From positions 5,208,001 to 5,272,000 of the forward strand of contig NC_091995.1 in NCBI RefSeq assembly GCF_044704955.1: DNA of 64,000 nucleotides, written 5' to 3'. This DNA comes from Pristiophorus japonicus. Taxonomy: Eukaryota. The translations under genes and the position numbers were made by a program. The stretch's first letter is position 1. Each line of letters starts with the position of its first letter. Below the pieces are notes generated by a model. That model did no database searches. It was given only the letters and a program-made list of their open reading frames with translations, and was not told the DNA's origin. Shown here piece by piece: positions 33,601-47,137 of the stretch.

Positions 33601-36411
33601 GAGCCGCGGTCCAGATCCCGCAGGAACCGGATCCGCGACCTCACGAACGCGCCTCGGGACCCGACGAGCTGCAGGTCCTTCAGCGCGGCCTTCCTCTAGA
33701 TCTTCTCCCGCGTCCCCCACTGAGTCCCCGTCCTCCCCCGGGATGTCGCCGCCAGCTGCCGGCCCGTCGACCGCACGAGGTACGGCAAACGGCCTGGCCG
33801 CTCCTTCTGGCCCTGGCTCTGCCCCGATCCCACCCCCAGGATCGTCGGCAGAGAAGTCCCCACTGGGCTCTTTTAAAAGTGGTGCTGGGTCGGGAAGCGA
33901 CAGCGGAAGGGGGTCCTCCCCCACCCCAGGAGCCGGGGAACACGGAGAGACCTGGTCTAGGAAATTCTCCAGGTCCACCAAGTCCCTCAGCTCCAAAGTA
34001 GGGGGCGAGGGTTGTTGTTCTTCCCCTTCCCCGCCGCCACCCCCCGGCCCAGCGTGTAGAGTATCGTTAAAATTAATCATATTTTCAGTTTCTTCCGGGC
34101 CGAGCGACTCCCGGGGGAAGTTAGTTAATAGCTGGGCGGGCTCAGGTTCGGCCTTTTCGGCCCCGCCCGCCTCAGTCCCCGGGACGCTCGACCCGGCGGC
34201 TACGCATTCCTCCGCTGGCCCCACGTCCCCCACGACAGGCAGATCTTTCACGCCATCCCCGGGAGGCAGAGGCTGGGCAGCCTCGACTGCCTCACCCTCC
34301 CCGGGGACAGATTCCTCCCGCCTACGGCGCAATTTGGGGGCGCCGGTGGGGGACGCGGGACACGCGGCGGGCACCGACTCCTCCGCGGAGGGATGTTGTT
34401 CCCCCTCCGCCTCATTGGAGCGGTGCCTCCTTTTGTTCCTGGGGCGGAGCGGAGGCAGGGAGACCTCCATGTCTGCCGAGGCCTCCCGCTCCACTCCCCC
34501 CTTTTCCTTATCTTGCTCGCTCCCGAACCCCTCTGCGGTATTGGTAGAGTGCTTGGGCACGGGCTCAAGGCACCCCGCGCTCGCCGGTGACGGGGTTGGG
34601 ATGAGCGCGATAAACAAATTGTCTGGCGCACCGAGGGGACCCGCCTCCAGATGTTTCGCCTTCTTCCGCGCCTTCCTTCCGATCGGACGCTCTCCCTCCC
34701 CCCCCGCCGGAGGCCGTGAAAACAAAGGCCCCCCGACGATGCCCGCGCACCCACAGCTCCCGGCACGCGGATGCTACTAGGGGGAGGGGTGGTGGCGGCG
34801 CCAGTCTTGGCCGCCCTCGGTGGTTTGGCGGCGGGGCAGTTCTTACGAACATGCCCCACCTCCCTACAGGCATGGCACCGCACGCCGTCCGACGTCCAGA
34901 AGACGCGGTAGGCAGTCCCCTCGTGCACTACATTAAAATTACCTTCCGTCGTCTCCTCCCGCGCCAGCTGGACAAAAAGCTGGCGGCGGAAGAAGACGTG
35001 GCGCAGGCTGTTCTCTCTGAGGCCGAGCGGTATGGGTTAATCCCCGACCTTACCTCCCCCAGTTGGTGTAGGTGAGGGAGGAGGAGATCAGTGGGAACAA
35101 AGGGCGGGACGTTAGAAATGATGACCCTCTGCGCAGTGGCCTCGAGAGGGTCCACCGGCAGGAACGTGCCACCCACCGTGAGCCCCTTTTCAAGGGCCAG
35201 GGACACCGCCCGCTCCTACCCCAGGAAGAACACAGCCTTCCCAGACATCTTGGAGGCTGCGACAATGGCCGAGGGGCCGACTACCCCAGCCATCGCCCGC
35301 ACGCACTCCTCGATGCTCATTGTGGGGTGAGTGTAGCTCTTGACCCCGTGTTTTTTTGTAATCAATCTGAAAGGTGGCAGGGCAGCAGGAGGCGCAGGAC
35401 GCGCCGTGGATGTCAACGCTGCCTGCGCATATGTCTTTGCTGACCCTGCCACCGGCGTGGATGGAGTCGCCATCACAGGGTCCCTTTAAGGGCCACACCC
35501 ACCCCAAAGTCACAGGCCTTAGTGTTCTTTAATTGGCCTCATTGGTGTTTTGAGCAGAGGGAGTTCTTAATGGGGCACACCTCTCCCCTAAATAACGAAT
35601 GGGGAGGGGCCTTGCTCCCTCTGCTCAGTTGTCTTAATTTAATTTTAAGGAGGAAAGGGGCTCTCAGAGAGAGAGGGGAGAGGCAGAGAGAGAGAGAAAG
35701 AGAGAGGGGGGTGTGAAAGAGGGAGTCTGCGAGGGCAGGTCTCCCCTCACAGCGATGGGTGGGTGTTTTTCTTGGGGTGCACTCCCCAGATGATGGAAAA
35801 ACAGCAAACACAGTCTTTGCGGATGGTCTTCGGGTGGGGGGAGAAGATGTCTTCACCTGGGGTAGCTAGAGCCACCCAGGCACACACTCCCAACGATGTT
35901 AAATAGTGTACTTAAATACTCTTCAGCCAGGTAGCTCCAGCTATCCCATGCTAGGTAATGGGGGAGGGTGTGTGGGGCCTAGCTGTAAGCAAGACCCCCA
36001 CACACACTTCCACACACACACACCCCCCGCGATGTTCCGGCCCTCGAGTGGTCTTCTTTCCTCCCCCCACCAATACAACAAAGTCTTTTAGGGGAATGCA
36101 CCAAAACACACCCACCTTTGGTTGTTGAAGTTTCTCCCTCCTTCCATACTGGATGGTGTTTTTTTTTTTCCGGTTGTTGTTCTTTTCCCTCTCTCTCCCC
36201 AACTCTCTGTAGCAGTAATAAAGTTGTTGAATTTGCAGCTCTCCTCCTCTCCCTCTAGATGGATTAGAATTGTAGAATGCCCCTTCCTCCTCTTCCTGGG
36301 CTGGTCTCAGGTCTCTCAAAGGCCTTCCAGACAGGAGCAAAAACAGGTAGCTCCTTCCCTCACTGCTCCAGGCTCCAACTGAATAGGCCACGCCTCCAAA
36401 GCTCCACCATT
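30610..36411 (-). mobile_element. Tx1-clade non-LTR retrotransposon with both ends present; endonuclease deleted
   Basis: ORF1 from 35476 (CHACREVGHVRKNC). ORF2 RT: KAPGLDG, NWRPVSLL, DQEKAFDRV, QGCP, YADD, C-terminal C..C..H..C. 16-bp TSD with 2 mismatches (30594-30609 / 36412-36427). Confidence 0.92.
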
Positions 36412-37433
36412 GGTCCTTGTGCATGAACTCCCAAAAAGTTAGTTTGCAGGTGCAGCAGGTAATCAGGAAGGCGAATGGAATGTTGGCCTTCATTGCGAGA
36501 GGGATGGAGTACAAAAGCAAGGAGGTCCTGCTGCAACTGTATAGGGTATTGCTGAGCCTGCACCTGGAGTACTGCGTGCAGTTTTGGTCACCTTACTTAA
36601 GGAAGGATATACTAGCTTTGGAGGGCGTACAGAGACGATTCACTAGGCTGATTCCGGAGATGAGGGGGTTACCTTATGATGATAGATTGAGTAGACTGGG
36701 TCTTTACTCGTTGGAGTTCAGAAGGATGAGGGGTGATCTTATAGAAACATTTAAAATAATGAAAGGGATAGACAAGATAGAGGCAGAGAGGTTGTTTCCA
36801 CTGGTCAGGGAGTCTAGAACTAGGGGGCACAGCCTCAAAATACAGGGTAGCCAATTTAAAACCGAGTTGAGAAGGAATTTCTTCTCCCAGAGAAACATAG
36901 AAACATAGAAACATAGAAAATGAGGGTTGTGAATCTGTGGAATTCTCTGCCAAGGAAGCAGTTGAGGCTAGCTCATTGAATGTATTCAAGTCACAGATAG
37001 ATAGATTTTTAACCAATAAGGGAATTAAGGGTTACGGGCAGCGGGCGGGTAAGTGGAGCTGAGTCCACCGCCAGATCAGCCATGATCTTGTTGAATGGCG
37101 GAGCAGGCTCGAGGGGCTCGATGGCCTACTCCTGTTCCGAATTCTTATGTTCTTATGTTCTTATTATGATTTGTGTCAGATACTGGAAGTGAACATCAGG
37201 GTTACACAGACACAGGGACTGTCACACCCACACACGGCAACTCATTCCCGGGAGGGAGCAATGTGGGAGCCGGTTAGTTCAGTGACAACAACAGAACCGC
37301 CCCGGAATAGACAAAACAATCGGTTTAAATCAGCTTCCAAATGTTCAGCAAATGCTGCATTTATTTCAGTTCTGATCGGTTATTTAGTGACTGTGTGAAG
37401 TTTCACTGAACTGACCCACAATATAATCCTCAC

Positions 37434-37856
37434 TTTCAGAAATATCAGTCCGTCTTTTTGCTCCATCTGTTTCTGTAACTTTGAGAGCTCCTCCTGAATA
37501 GAATTTAAATTCTCTTGAATTTCCCGAAGGTTTTTCTCCATTGTTTCTACAATCTTCCCCTCTTGTTCCCTGAGATCTCGGATTAAATGCTGCTCTTTCT
37601 CAGTGAGAATCTGGTGCATTTTAGTGAACTGGGATGTGATGCTGGTCTGCAGACTGCTCGACTGTTCCTACCAAATGAAATGTGAAACATAATTAATGTC
37701 CCGCGATAGAGGGAACAAAACTAACCGAGATCCCAGAAAATCAGCTCAGGGAGACCTTCCCCGAACTCCGGAAATCTGCTGTTTCTGTTTTAATGCCGTC
37801 TCTAGAGCCGCCCATTCCTTCTCTGTGAGAGAATCTAAGGAAGATTTCAGCCGCTC
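37434..37856 (-). pseudogene. TRIM-D: exons 2-3 only (coiled-coil)
   Basis: Exon 2 37856-37761 (donor GT>GG) and exon 3 37667-37434. Homology to TRIM intron 1 stops at 37894, where the CpG island begins. Confidence 0.9.
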
Positions 37857-37894
37857 CTGGGATTGGGAGAAAATCACAGAATTAAAGTGTTAGA

Positions 37895-38500
37895 TTGTCG
37901 GCCGTTAAACATTAAATATTTAAACCCAACCGGCAAGTTCCGAGCGCGAGCCTCTTTCAACCGGAATCATGGCCGCAAACCCCGCCTCCCGGCGGCGCTG
38001 ATTGGTCAGTGGCGGCCTGTTAGGAGCTCTCGTGGAAGCGGATTGGCCGGCGTGCCTCTCACTCAGAGTGAAGGAGGCGGGTTTCCGGGGCGGGGCACTG
38101 CTGGGGTAAGCGGATTGGTCGGAGTGCTTGTCACTCAGAATGAGGGAGGCGGGTTTCCGGGACGGGCCCGGGCCTCAGTGGGAGTCGGACTCGGAGCTCG
38201 GGCAGTGTGTTTGGGTCGTGCGCCAGTGACGCCGCGCTGGGCCCTTGTCTCGGCGAGTTGGAGCCGGTGGGAGCGGCTCACGGCGGCCGCCGCCTGCTTT
38301 TATACTCGGGGGGCGGGGTTTATTTCACACTTTGGATTCTTCTTGTTATTATTCACTCGGGGGGAGCCGGGGCGTCATGGCAACGGGTTTGGTGAGCGAG
38401 GTGGACAGTCGCTTCTTCCCCGGGAACCTGCTGAGCGGTGGCTGGGGTAAGGGGGTTGCGGAAGAGGGTGACTGGGGGGTGGGAGGGTCAGGAGGATGAA
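37895..38500 (+). promoter_or_regulatory. CpG-island promoter with a probable first exon of an unidentified gene
   Basis: CpG-dense; 3x GATTGG (CCAAT), TTTCCGG ETS sites, GC boxes; 72-bp-period duplication at 38036/38108; GTCATGG Kozak at 38377 and donor TTG|GTGAG at 38392. Confidence 0.7.
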
Positions 38501-41500
38501 GGGGGGTCACCATGTCTCTATTGTCAGCACCTAGAATCATAGACACACAGCACAGGAGGGGGCCATTCGGCCCATTGTGCCTGTGCTGGCTCTTTGAAAG
38601 AGCTGTCCCATTAGTCTCACTCCCTGCTCTTTCCCCAGGGCCCTGTGAATGTCTCCTACTCAACTATTTATCCAAATCCCTTTTGCAAGTTATTATTGAA
38701 TCTGCTTTCACCGCCCTTTCAGGCAGGGCAGTCCTGTCATTTAGCCCTTCCTGCTCCTCCAGTAACTTTTGTCATTTATCTTCAATGTGCACAGACCTAT
38801 CTCATCATCATTACCACACTCATCGCCACCCACCTCCCGACAGCCAGAATCTCCCTGCATCCCACCAACTGCATCTTTGTCCTAACCATGTTCTCTGGCT
38901 TCTGAACTGCTTCTTCCTCCATGACTTGTTCTTCTGTATTACGAGTTAGTGCTTGATCTAATTGAATGCTGGAACAGGCTCGAGGGTCTGAATGGCCGAC
39001 TCCTGTTCCTATGTTCCTATATCTCTCTACATTGTGTCTTTACAAGCATTCTTCCTGCCGTCACTGTATTCTCTATTATCTTATGTCCTCAGTTTCCTCC
39101 AGCACTTATTTCTGTTTCTTGCTACCCCTGTACCTGTTGCAAAAATTCCTGTCACAGGTTCCCAGTGACTCGCCCTCAATATTGAGTACGAGCCCATCCA
39201 CTTCACTAAACTCTGACTCAATTAGTCCAATACTATCCATTGGTCTTTACTAATTAGCTTTCCAATCGTTTCCTTTGATTAGTTCCCTTCCGCTCCTCTG
39301 AAAGACCCAGACATTTTCCTTCAGGTTTTGGGCAGCTGAGATCAGCGAGTTGCTCCACACTTTACTATTGACTCTCGAGCTCTTTCATGCTGCAAAGTCG
39401 AGCCTTGTTTAGTCTGTTTGAGCACTGCCAGCGGTCTGCTGTGCGTTAACATTTGTGTTTCTGTCTATTTCAGGAGAGTCCTCCAAAAATAACTGAACAA
39501 CATTATACAGTAGCATATTGAAGAGCTGGTTTTATTTTCTATTTAATATTTCATATTTACATTATTAGTGAAGACAACCATCAGCCAAACATAGTGGAAG
39601 GCAGCCTGTCTCTGAACACAAAGGGCCCACTCAGTATAGTGTGGAGGCATGTAATGGACATTGTCAACCCTGGTACTGAGGGCCTTTCCTGTTTCTTACT
39701 TAACCAGTAAAACCCTCAATAAGGGGTACATCTTAAGAATACCAGATACAAGTACAAGAATGGAAATATTATCCATACCCAGTTCAAATACGAAAATAAA
39801 TGAAATGGCAGCACGCAATGTGTGATTCATGATTAATAATGCAACAATCAAATAATAATAGACTATTTTAGAAGCAATCAGCCATTATAATTCATTCATT
39901 ATCAAACCAAAACAGTGATTTAAATCATTAACCTGTTACAGTAGGTTCTTTCAATGTTTAAAAGTGGAGAATTAATGCACGAGAATATTCACAACTGATT
40001 AGGTCAAATGACTTTCAATTACCTCCTGACTCCCCAAAACCCGTTCTCCATATAAAAAGCACAAGTCAGGAGTGTGATGGAATACTCTCCACTTTCCTGG
40101 GTGAGTGCAATTCCAATTAAATTCAAGAAGATTGACACCATCCAGGACAAAGCAGCCCGCTTGATTGGCACCCACCCACCACCTTAAACATTCACTCTCT
40201 CCACCACCGTCGCACTGTGGCTGCAGTGTGTACCCTCTACACGTTGCACTGCAGCAACTCCCAAACCCATGAACTCTACCACCTGGAGGGACAAGGGCAG
40301 CAGGCGCATGGGAACACCCTCAGCTACAAGTTCCCCTCCAAGTTATACACCATCCTCACTTGGAAATATATCGGCTGTTCCTTCATTGTCGCTGGGTCAA
40401 AATCCTGGAACTCCCTCCCTAACAGCACTGTGGGAGCACCTTCACCTCACAGACTGCAGCAGTTCAAAAAGGCGGCTCACCACCCCCTTCTCAAGGACAA
40501 TGAGGGATGGGCAATAAATGCTGGCCTTGCACCATCACATCCCAGGAATGAATGAACAAAATACAGAAGAGACTTTCAACATGGAATTTTTGCACTTCTC
40601 TGAAAAAAGATTAAGTAACGGCCTTGAAGGGAATGGAACATGGGGAAGGTTGAAAATATTTGTGAACAAAATGAAGTAAATCTGAAATATAATGGTTAAG
40701 TGATGTCAGGAATGTTCTTTTAAATCTGTAGATTTTAGAAAGAAGCAGAGACAGAACAAAATAAAAGAAACTTTGCGGGATTTCTGAGTGGCCTCCAGCG
40801 GGTGTTTGAAGAGCAGCGGGTGTCTGAAGAGCAGCTGGTTCGGCCGCTCAACGCGCCTTCACTCCGCCCATTTGTATCTCAGGATTGCAATCAGGGTCCT
40901 CTACGTCATGGGACCCCGGTTTGACGAGGTTTCCCCCCTGAAACAGGCGGGCGTTCCCGCTGCCCATCTCAGGACCCCACCCAAGGTGGCGATGGCTGAA
41001 GCACCAGCGTAAACTTTAGTGCCATTTCCAGGCGACTATCACTCCGGTTACACCAGGTGGGGGCTCTTAAAATTGGCCCCGTTAGTTCAGGATAGGAGCA
41101 GGAGGAGTCCATTCAGCCCCTGGAGCCTGTCCCGCCATTCAATGAGATCATGGCTGAGCTGTGCCCTAACTCCATATATCTGCCTTTGGCCCATATCCCT
41201 TAATACCTTTGGTTAACGAAAATCTATCAACCTCAGGTTTAAAATTAACAATTGATCCAGCATCAATTGCGGTATGCAGAAGAAAATTCCAAACTTCTCC
41301 CACTCTTTGTGTGTCGAAGTATTTTCTAACTTCACTCCTGAAAGGCCTGACTATAATTTTTAGACCATGTCCCGAGTGCTAGACTCCCCAAGCAGCGGAA
41401 ATACTTGCTCTCAGTTCCCCTTAATATCTTGAAAACTTCGATCAAATCACGTCTGAAACTTCTAAATTCCAGGGATGGGTAAAATAAGGATCCAGAGCAA

Positions 41501-42520
41501 GGTGCAAATGAAAAAAAATGCGTTTAGTCCATGACTCTGGGACGTAATTATTCCCCAAATCGCTTAAAACAAATACACGCCGCTTCTATTGTGCAGTTTA
41601 ATAACAGGCTTGGCAGCAGAGGTGTTGCTGATTGATCTCAAACACCGCCATGTAGCGCCACCTTCTGCCTGTGGAGCAACATTACAGGCAGGAAGGTCAC
41701 CGGGTTCCTGCAGTTCACAGCTCATTCCACCCAGTGAGTTCCGCTCCACAATTCACCATCCATTTGTTTCTTCACCCCCCCCCTCCCCCTCCCCCCCCCC
41801 CCCGCTCTCTCCCCCCCCCCCCGCTCTCTCCCCCTCCCCCTCCCCCTCCCCCCCGCCCCCCGGCTCTCTCCCCCTCCCCCTCCCCCACCGGCTCTCCCCC
41901 CCCCCCCGCTCTCTCTCCCCACCCCCCCCGCTCTCTCTCCCCCCCCCCCCGCTCTCTCTTCCCCCCCCCCGCTCTCTCTCCCCCTTCCCCTCCCCCCCCG
42001 GCTCTCTCCCCCCCCCCGCTCTCTCTCCCCCCCCCCCGCTCTCTCTCCCCCTCCCCCTCCCCCCCCGGCTCTCCCCCCCCCGCCCCGCCGCTCTCTCCCC
42101 CCCCCACCCCGCCGCTCTCTCCCCCCCCCCCCCCGCTGTGACTGAGACCGACGCCCATCAGTTTGCAGGAGGCAGGGTGAAATTATGGGATGGGCCTTCC
42201 ACCGGTCCGCGAGAGGTGGGCGCCGGAGGGACTGGAGAGCATCATCACCCCCGGCAACCACATTTTAATTTGATTTTATATGTTTTAAAGTTTAATTTGT
42301 TTTTATTGCTGGGTTTTAGTGTCCCCCTCCCCTTTTATAGGGGGCACTTGTAAATTATATGGTTTTAATGCCCCCCAAAAAAATCACAAAAAAACCCCCA
42401 AAAAACAAAAAATAAATAAAGAGGGCAGTTAAAAGTGTCTGCAGTGTCCCCCAGATCGGGGGGCACTCGATCTAATGTTTATTTTGTCCCCCCGCCCAAA
42501 AGAGTTATGGGATGGGCCTG

Positions 42521-45500
42521 TTAGTGACCTTTAACCCCACAGATTGTAAGCGGGGCGGAGTTTATTCTGTGGAAGCTCCGTCCCGGACTGAAGAGGGGAA
42601 AGATTCTCTCAGTGAAAGTCTGGGTGAAAGTGTGGAGACGGGACATGTTGTCCGCATTGTAAAATGACACCTGTCCGCCCTCATAGTCCAGGTACACCCC
42701 GATCTTCCGGGGCTCCACACTCGGGGTGAGGTGGGTCAGTGAGGGGGAGGTGCCGGCAAAATAGTCACTTCCGCGACGCAGCCACACAATCCAGTATCCG
42801 GTCTCTGGGCTCGGGGAGATTGCCCCTTTCCTCCCGGCAGACTCTCGGGTCACTCCGATCTCCCACCAAGTCTTGTCCCCCACCTCCACCTCCCAGTAGT
42901 GTCTCCCTGATGTGAATCCCTCCGATCCCAGGACACAGGACCAGCGATCAAACCTCTCCGGGGTGTCAGGGAGCGGCTGCTGTTTGTCTCCGAGTCTCAC
43001 ACGGGTCCGGTCCTCAGACAGGATGAGCCAGGGATTCGCTGTGTTCGGATCCAGAGTCAGAGAGGCTGGAGCTGGGGGAAAGTTAAAGTAACACAGTCAG
43101 TGATTTAGTTTCTTGCTGTGATTTATTCAAACACTTTCCTGTTTAAAGAGCCCACTCGGGCTCTGGGTTGTGATCCTGGAATCTGCTGCCGCTCCAGGGT
43201 TTACGCCCCGGGGGTCGATTTACGTCGATTTCGGGCCAGAATCAGCGCAGTCAGTGCCCAGAGATAAAGACCCGAAAACCACTGGAGACAGCGGGGGATG
43301 GAGAGAGAGAGTGGGCGGGGCGCGGAAGAGAGCGGGGAGGCGGGTGAGTGCGGTTTCAGCAGCTGTTTCCAAAGGCCACAAGGAAAGTAGTGTTGTGAAT
43401 AAAATATTTCACAGGTAAGACAAAGTCCAGTATAAGGAATGCGATGGAAATAAACACACTGCAATTACATCTGAAGGAGAAACTTACATTTCTAATGTTC
43501 CTGACAAATGCCTCAAAGCACTTCCCACAATGTATTACTTCCCATACCCTCCGCATAAAGTATTTGGGAGTGATTTACGTCTCACAATCGCCCGGATTTA
43601 CACCGTAAACGGAGCAGTAACGAGACAAAAACCACCCGCAGTGCTTCCCACCTGGTTCCCACCAAGGCCCGCCGGGAAATTATACCGCAGCCGCGAAATA
43701 GGAATCCAGCGCTCCCGCACTAAACATGGGGGAAGCCTCATTAGTTTATGCAAACCGGATCTCATAATGTACATGTAACCCCAATGCAATCTTGGTCTTC
43801 CATTGGACGGTGCGTGAGCTGTGCAAGTCCCACCCAGTGGAACAGTCTGTAGAATGGCCCAACCTGTGGTCCTTAAAGGGACCGCTGGAACCCTCACAGG
43901 GAATGATGCAAGGAGTTAGCTCCGTCCGGTGTCCTGGACAATATTTATCCATCAACCAACATCATGAAAACAGGTTATCTGGTCATTATCACGTTGCTCC
44001 CCCCGGATATATTTTCCCGCCATTCTCTGAGTTTGAGACTGTCGCTACTTTGTTGTAGACTCTGTGACTGTGTTAAACCTCTGGATGTTTATCTTCTCTC
44101 TGCGGTTTAGGATCTTGAATACTTCAGTAAGATCACCCCAAGCCCTCCCTTATCCAGTGCAAAGACTCCTGATTTCCAGACTAGACACAGACATCAGTGA
44201 TCATTTAATCCGGGGTCTGGGAGCCGGTTTAGGCCCTTCTCATCTGGATTTAATGATCATGAAAAGGAATATAGGAGATTTACCGGGGTTAATGGCGTCT
44301 ATCATTTCTCTCCACGCTGTGTACTGTAAAGGGCCGTTGAACTTTCCGATAGACAGGGCGCCATCTGCTACTGACAGCAAATGATTGTCCTCACTAAGCC
44401 TGTAAATATTACACAGTTAATGTTATAAATTGACCATAAACATTTCACCAAACGGTGCAGAGATTCTGTAAAGAGCATGTCCTACCTCCTCTTCCGACAA
44501 GCTTCCTCCTAAAATAAATAAAACACAAACAGTGAGGACAGTAAAAGACTTCAGGAGGACACAGACAGGCTGGTGAAATGAGCAGACACAGGACGGATAC
44601 AATTTAACACAGAGAAGTGTGAAGTGAAGCATTTTGGAAGGAAGAATGAGGAGAGACATTGTAAACTAAATGGTACAATTTTAAATGAGGTGCAGGAACA
44701 GAGAGACCTGGGGATCACATTCACAAATCTTGGAGAAGTGAGTAAGAATTTTTTGACCAATGACTTGTGATGATCTGGAATGCACTGACTGACAGGGTGT
44801 AGGAAGCAGATTTAACAGTAATTGTCAAAAGTGAATTGGAAATAAACTTGAAAGGAAAAAAAAATGCAGGGCTATGGGGAAAGAGCAGGGGGAGTGGGAC
44901 TATTGGGATATCTCTCAAAGAGACAGCACAGTCACAGTGGGCCTTTTGTGGTGTAGATTCTATGGTTGTAAGTAGTTGAACATTCTGATTTGTGTGTCAG
45001 ATACTGTAACTCAATATTCATACATCCTCCAGGAACGGCATTAAAGATGGTGGAGATAGAAACAGATTTGGGCATTCTAGTGCATACATCCTTAAAGGTA
45101 CATGAGCAGTGCCATGCAGGAATAGTTAGAGAAAATGTGGTATTGGAGTGTATCCATAGGACAATTGAGTATAAGACGAGGCATACTGTTTTGTCCTTGT
45201 ACAAGACCTTAGTCAGGCCGTACTTGTAATACTATGTCCAGTTTTGGTCTCCTTACATGGTGGTTAATATTGAGGCTCTGGACTGGGTGCAGAAGTGGGT
45301 TACTGGACTAATTCCAAATCTAAGTTACCTTAGTTATCAAGATAGGTTAAATGAGTTGGGACTCTTTACCTTGGAGCAGTATAGACTTAAGGGGGATATG
45401 ATTGAGGTTTATGATAATGAATGGAATCGACAGTGTTCCAGCTGACCGTTTATTTCAATGGGCTAGGCAGGACCAGGGGGACAAAGTTAAGTTCTATAAG

Positions 45501-47137
45501 GCTAGATCTAGGTTAGATGTCAGGAGGTGGTTCTTTACACACAGAATAGTAGACCTCTGAAACAAGCTGCCCTCTCATGTGGTGGATGCAGACTCACTGA
45601 ATTCCTTCGAGCAAACGCTGGATTTGTTTCTGGCTGCGGCGGAGATTAACTCGAACAGAAGGTAGGTATTACAGGGAGTTTAATGGCCAGAGTGATGATC
45701 TGGACTAGTTTCGATTGCCTCGATGGGTCAGAGAGGAATTTCGCAGATTTTTCCCCCTAATTGGCCCGGGTTTTTTTAATCTGTTTTTGCCTCTCCCAGA
45801 AGATCACATGGTTTCGGGGAGGGTGGACTGGATATGTTGTGATACACAAGGTATCGGAACCTGGGACAGGCCCAGATGGTCTTTACCTGTCCGTCATTGT
45901 TCATATGTTCGTATCAGTGCCTCTCACAGACACAGTGACTGTCAAACCCACAGTGACTGTCACACCCACAGTGCCACACACACCCACACACAACAACTTA
46001 TTCCCGGGAGGTGGCAGGTATTCCCGGGAATGTGCGGACACAGTGGGAGCCGATTAGTTCAGTGACAACAACAGAACCGGCCGGGAATAGACAAAATAAT
46101 CGGTTTAAATCAGTTTCGAATTTTTCAGCAAATGCTGCATTTATTTCAGTTGTCATCGGTTATTTTGTGACTGTGTGAAGTTTCACTGAACTGACCCACA
46201 ATATAATCCTCACCTTCAGAAATATCAGTCCGTCTTTTTGCTCCATCTGTTTCTGTAACTTTGAGAGCTCCTCCTGAATAGAATTTAAATTCTCTTGAAT
46301 TTCTCGAAGGTTTTTCTCCATTTTTTCTACAATCTTCCCCTCTTGTTCCCTGAGATCTCGGATTAAACGCTGCTCTTTCTCAGTGAGAATCTGGTGCATT
46401 TTAGCGAACTGGGATGTGATGCGGGTCTGCAGACTGCTCGACTGTTCCTACCAAATGAAATGTGAAACATAATTAATGTACCGCGATAGAGGGAACAAAA
46501 CTAACCGAGATCCCAGAAAATCAGCTCAGGGAGACCTTACCCTAACTCCGGAAATCTGCTGTTTCTGTTTTAATTCCGTCTCTAGAGCCGCCGATTTCTT
46601 CTCTGTGAGAGAATCTAAGGAAGATTTCAGCCGATCCTGGGATTGGGAGAGAAAATCACAGAATTAAAGTGTTAGACCATGAAAATGTGATAAAATAATC
46701 AGGTGATCCAATGTGTTCCCTTTTACCTTGTAGATTCCAACAGCTTCTTTAATGGGCATGAAGTTATGCGATTTGTGTTCCCGCGCATCTCTACAGATCA
46801 CACAGATCAATTTCTTGTCAGTTTCACAAAACAGCTTCAGTTCTTCGTGATGTTCCTCACAGTGAAGTTTACGTTCCTTCTCTTTCAGATTCAAGTTTAA
46901 TATTCGCACTTTCTCAGCCAGTCTCGCTAAGGCCCGATTAGCCTTGAGGTTTCTTTTCGAAAACTCCGCTCTACATTCCGGGCAGGAGATTCTCCTCTTC
47001 TTTGCCCAGCACCGTGTGATACAGGAGCGGCAGAAGTTGTGCCCACACTCCAGTATTACCGGATCGGTGAAGAAATCCAGACAAATGGGACAATTTAATT
47101 CCTCAGCAAAACTCTGGGCCCGCTGATTAGAAGCCAT
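42521..47137 (-). CDS. TRIM-A2: intact paralog of TRIM-A1, 476 aa
   Basis: Exons 47137-46727, 46636-46541, 46447-46214, 44508-44486, 44399-44284, 43071-42521. Same exon sizes and splice sites as A1, with a divergent B30.2. Confidence 0.95.

Larger units (their letters stand above)
22586..37165 (+). mobile_element. One CR1 LINE split into three pieces (22586-22765, 30533-30609, 36412-37165) by the ERV and the Tx1
   Basis: KFADD..KCEVIHLG continues to YYLNGEKLQ..QRDLG, then to QVQQVIRKANGML. Ends in a (TTCTTATG)n tail. Confidence 0.9.

Noticed and set aside
33743-34780. 345-aa plus-strand ORF
   Set aside because: Antisense shadow of GC-rich Tx1 ORF1.
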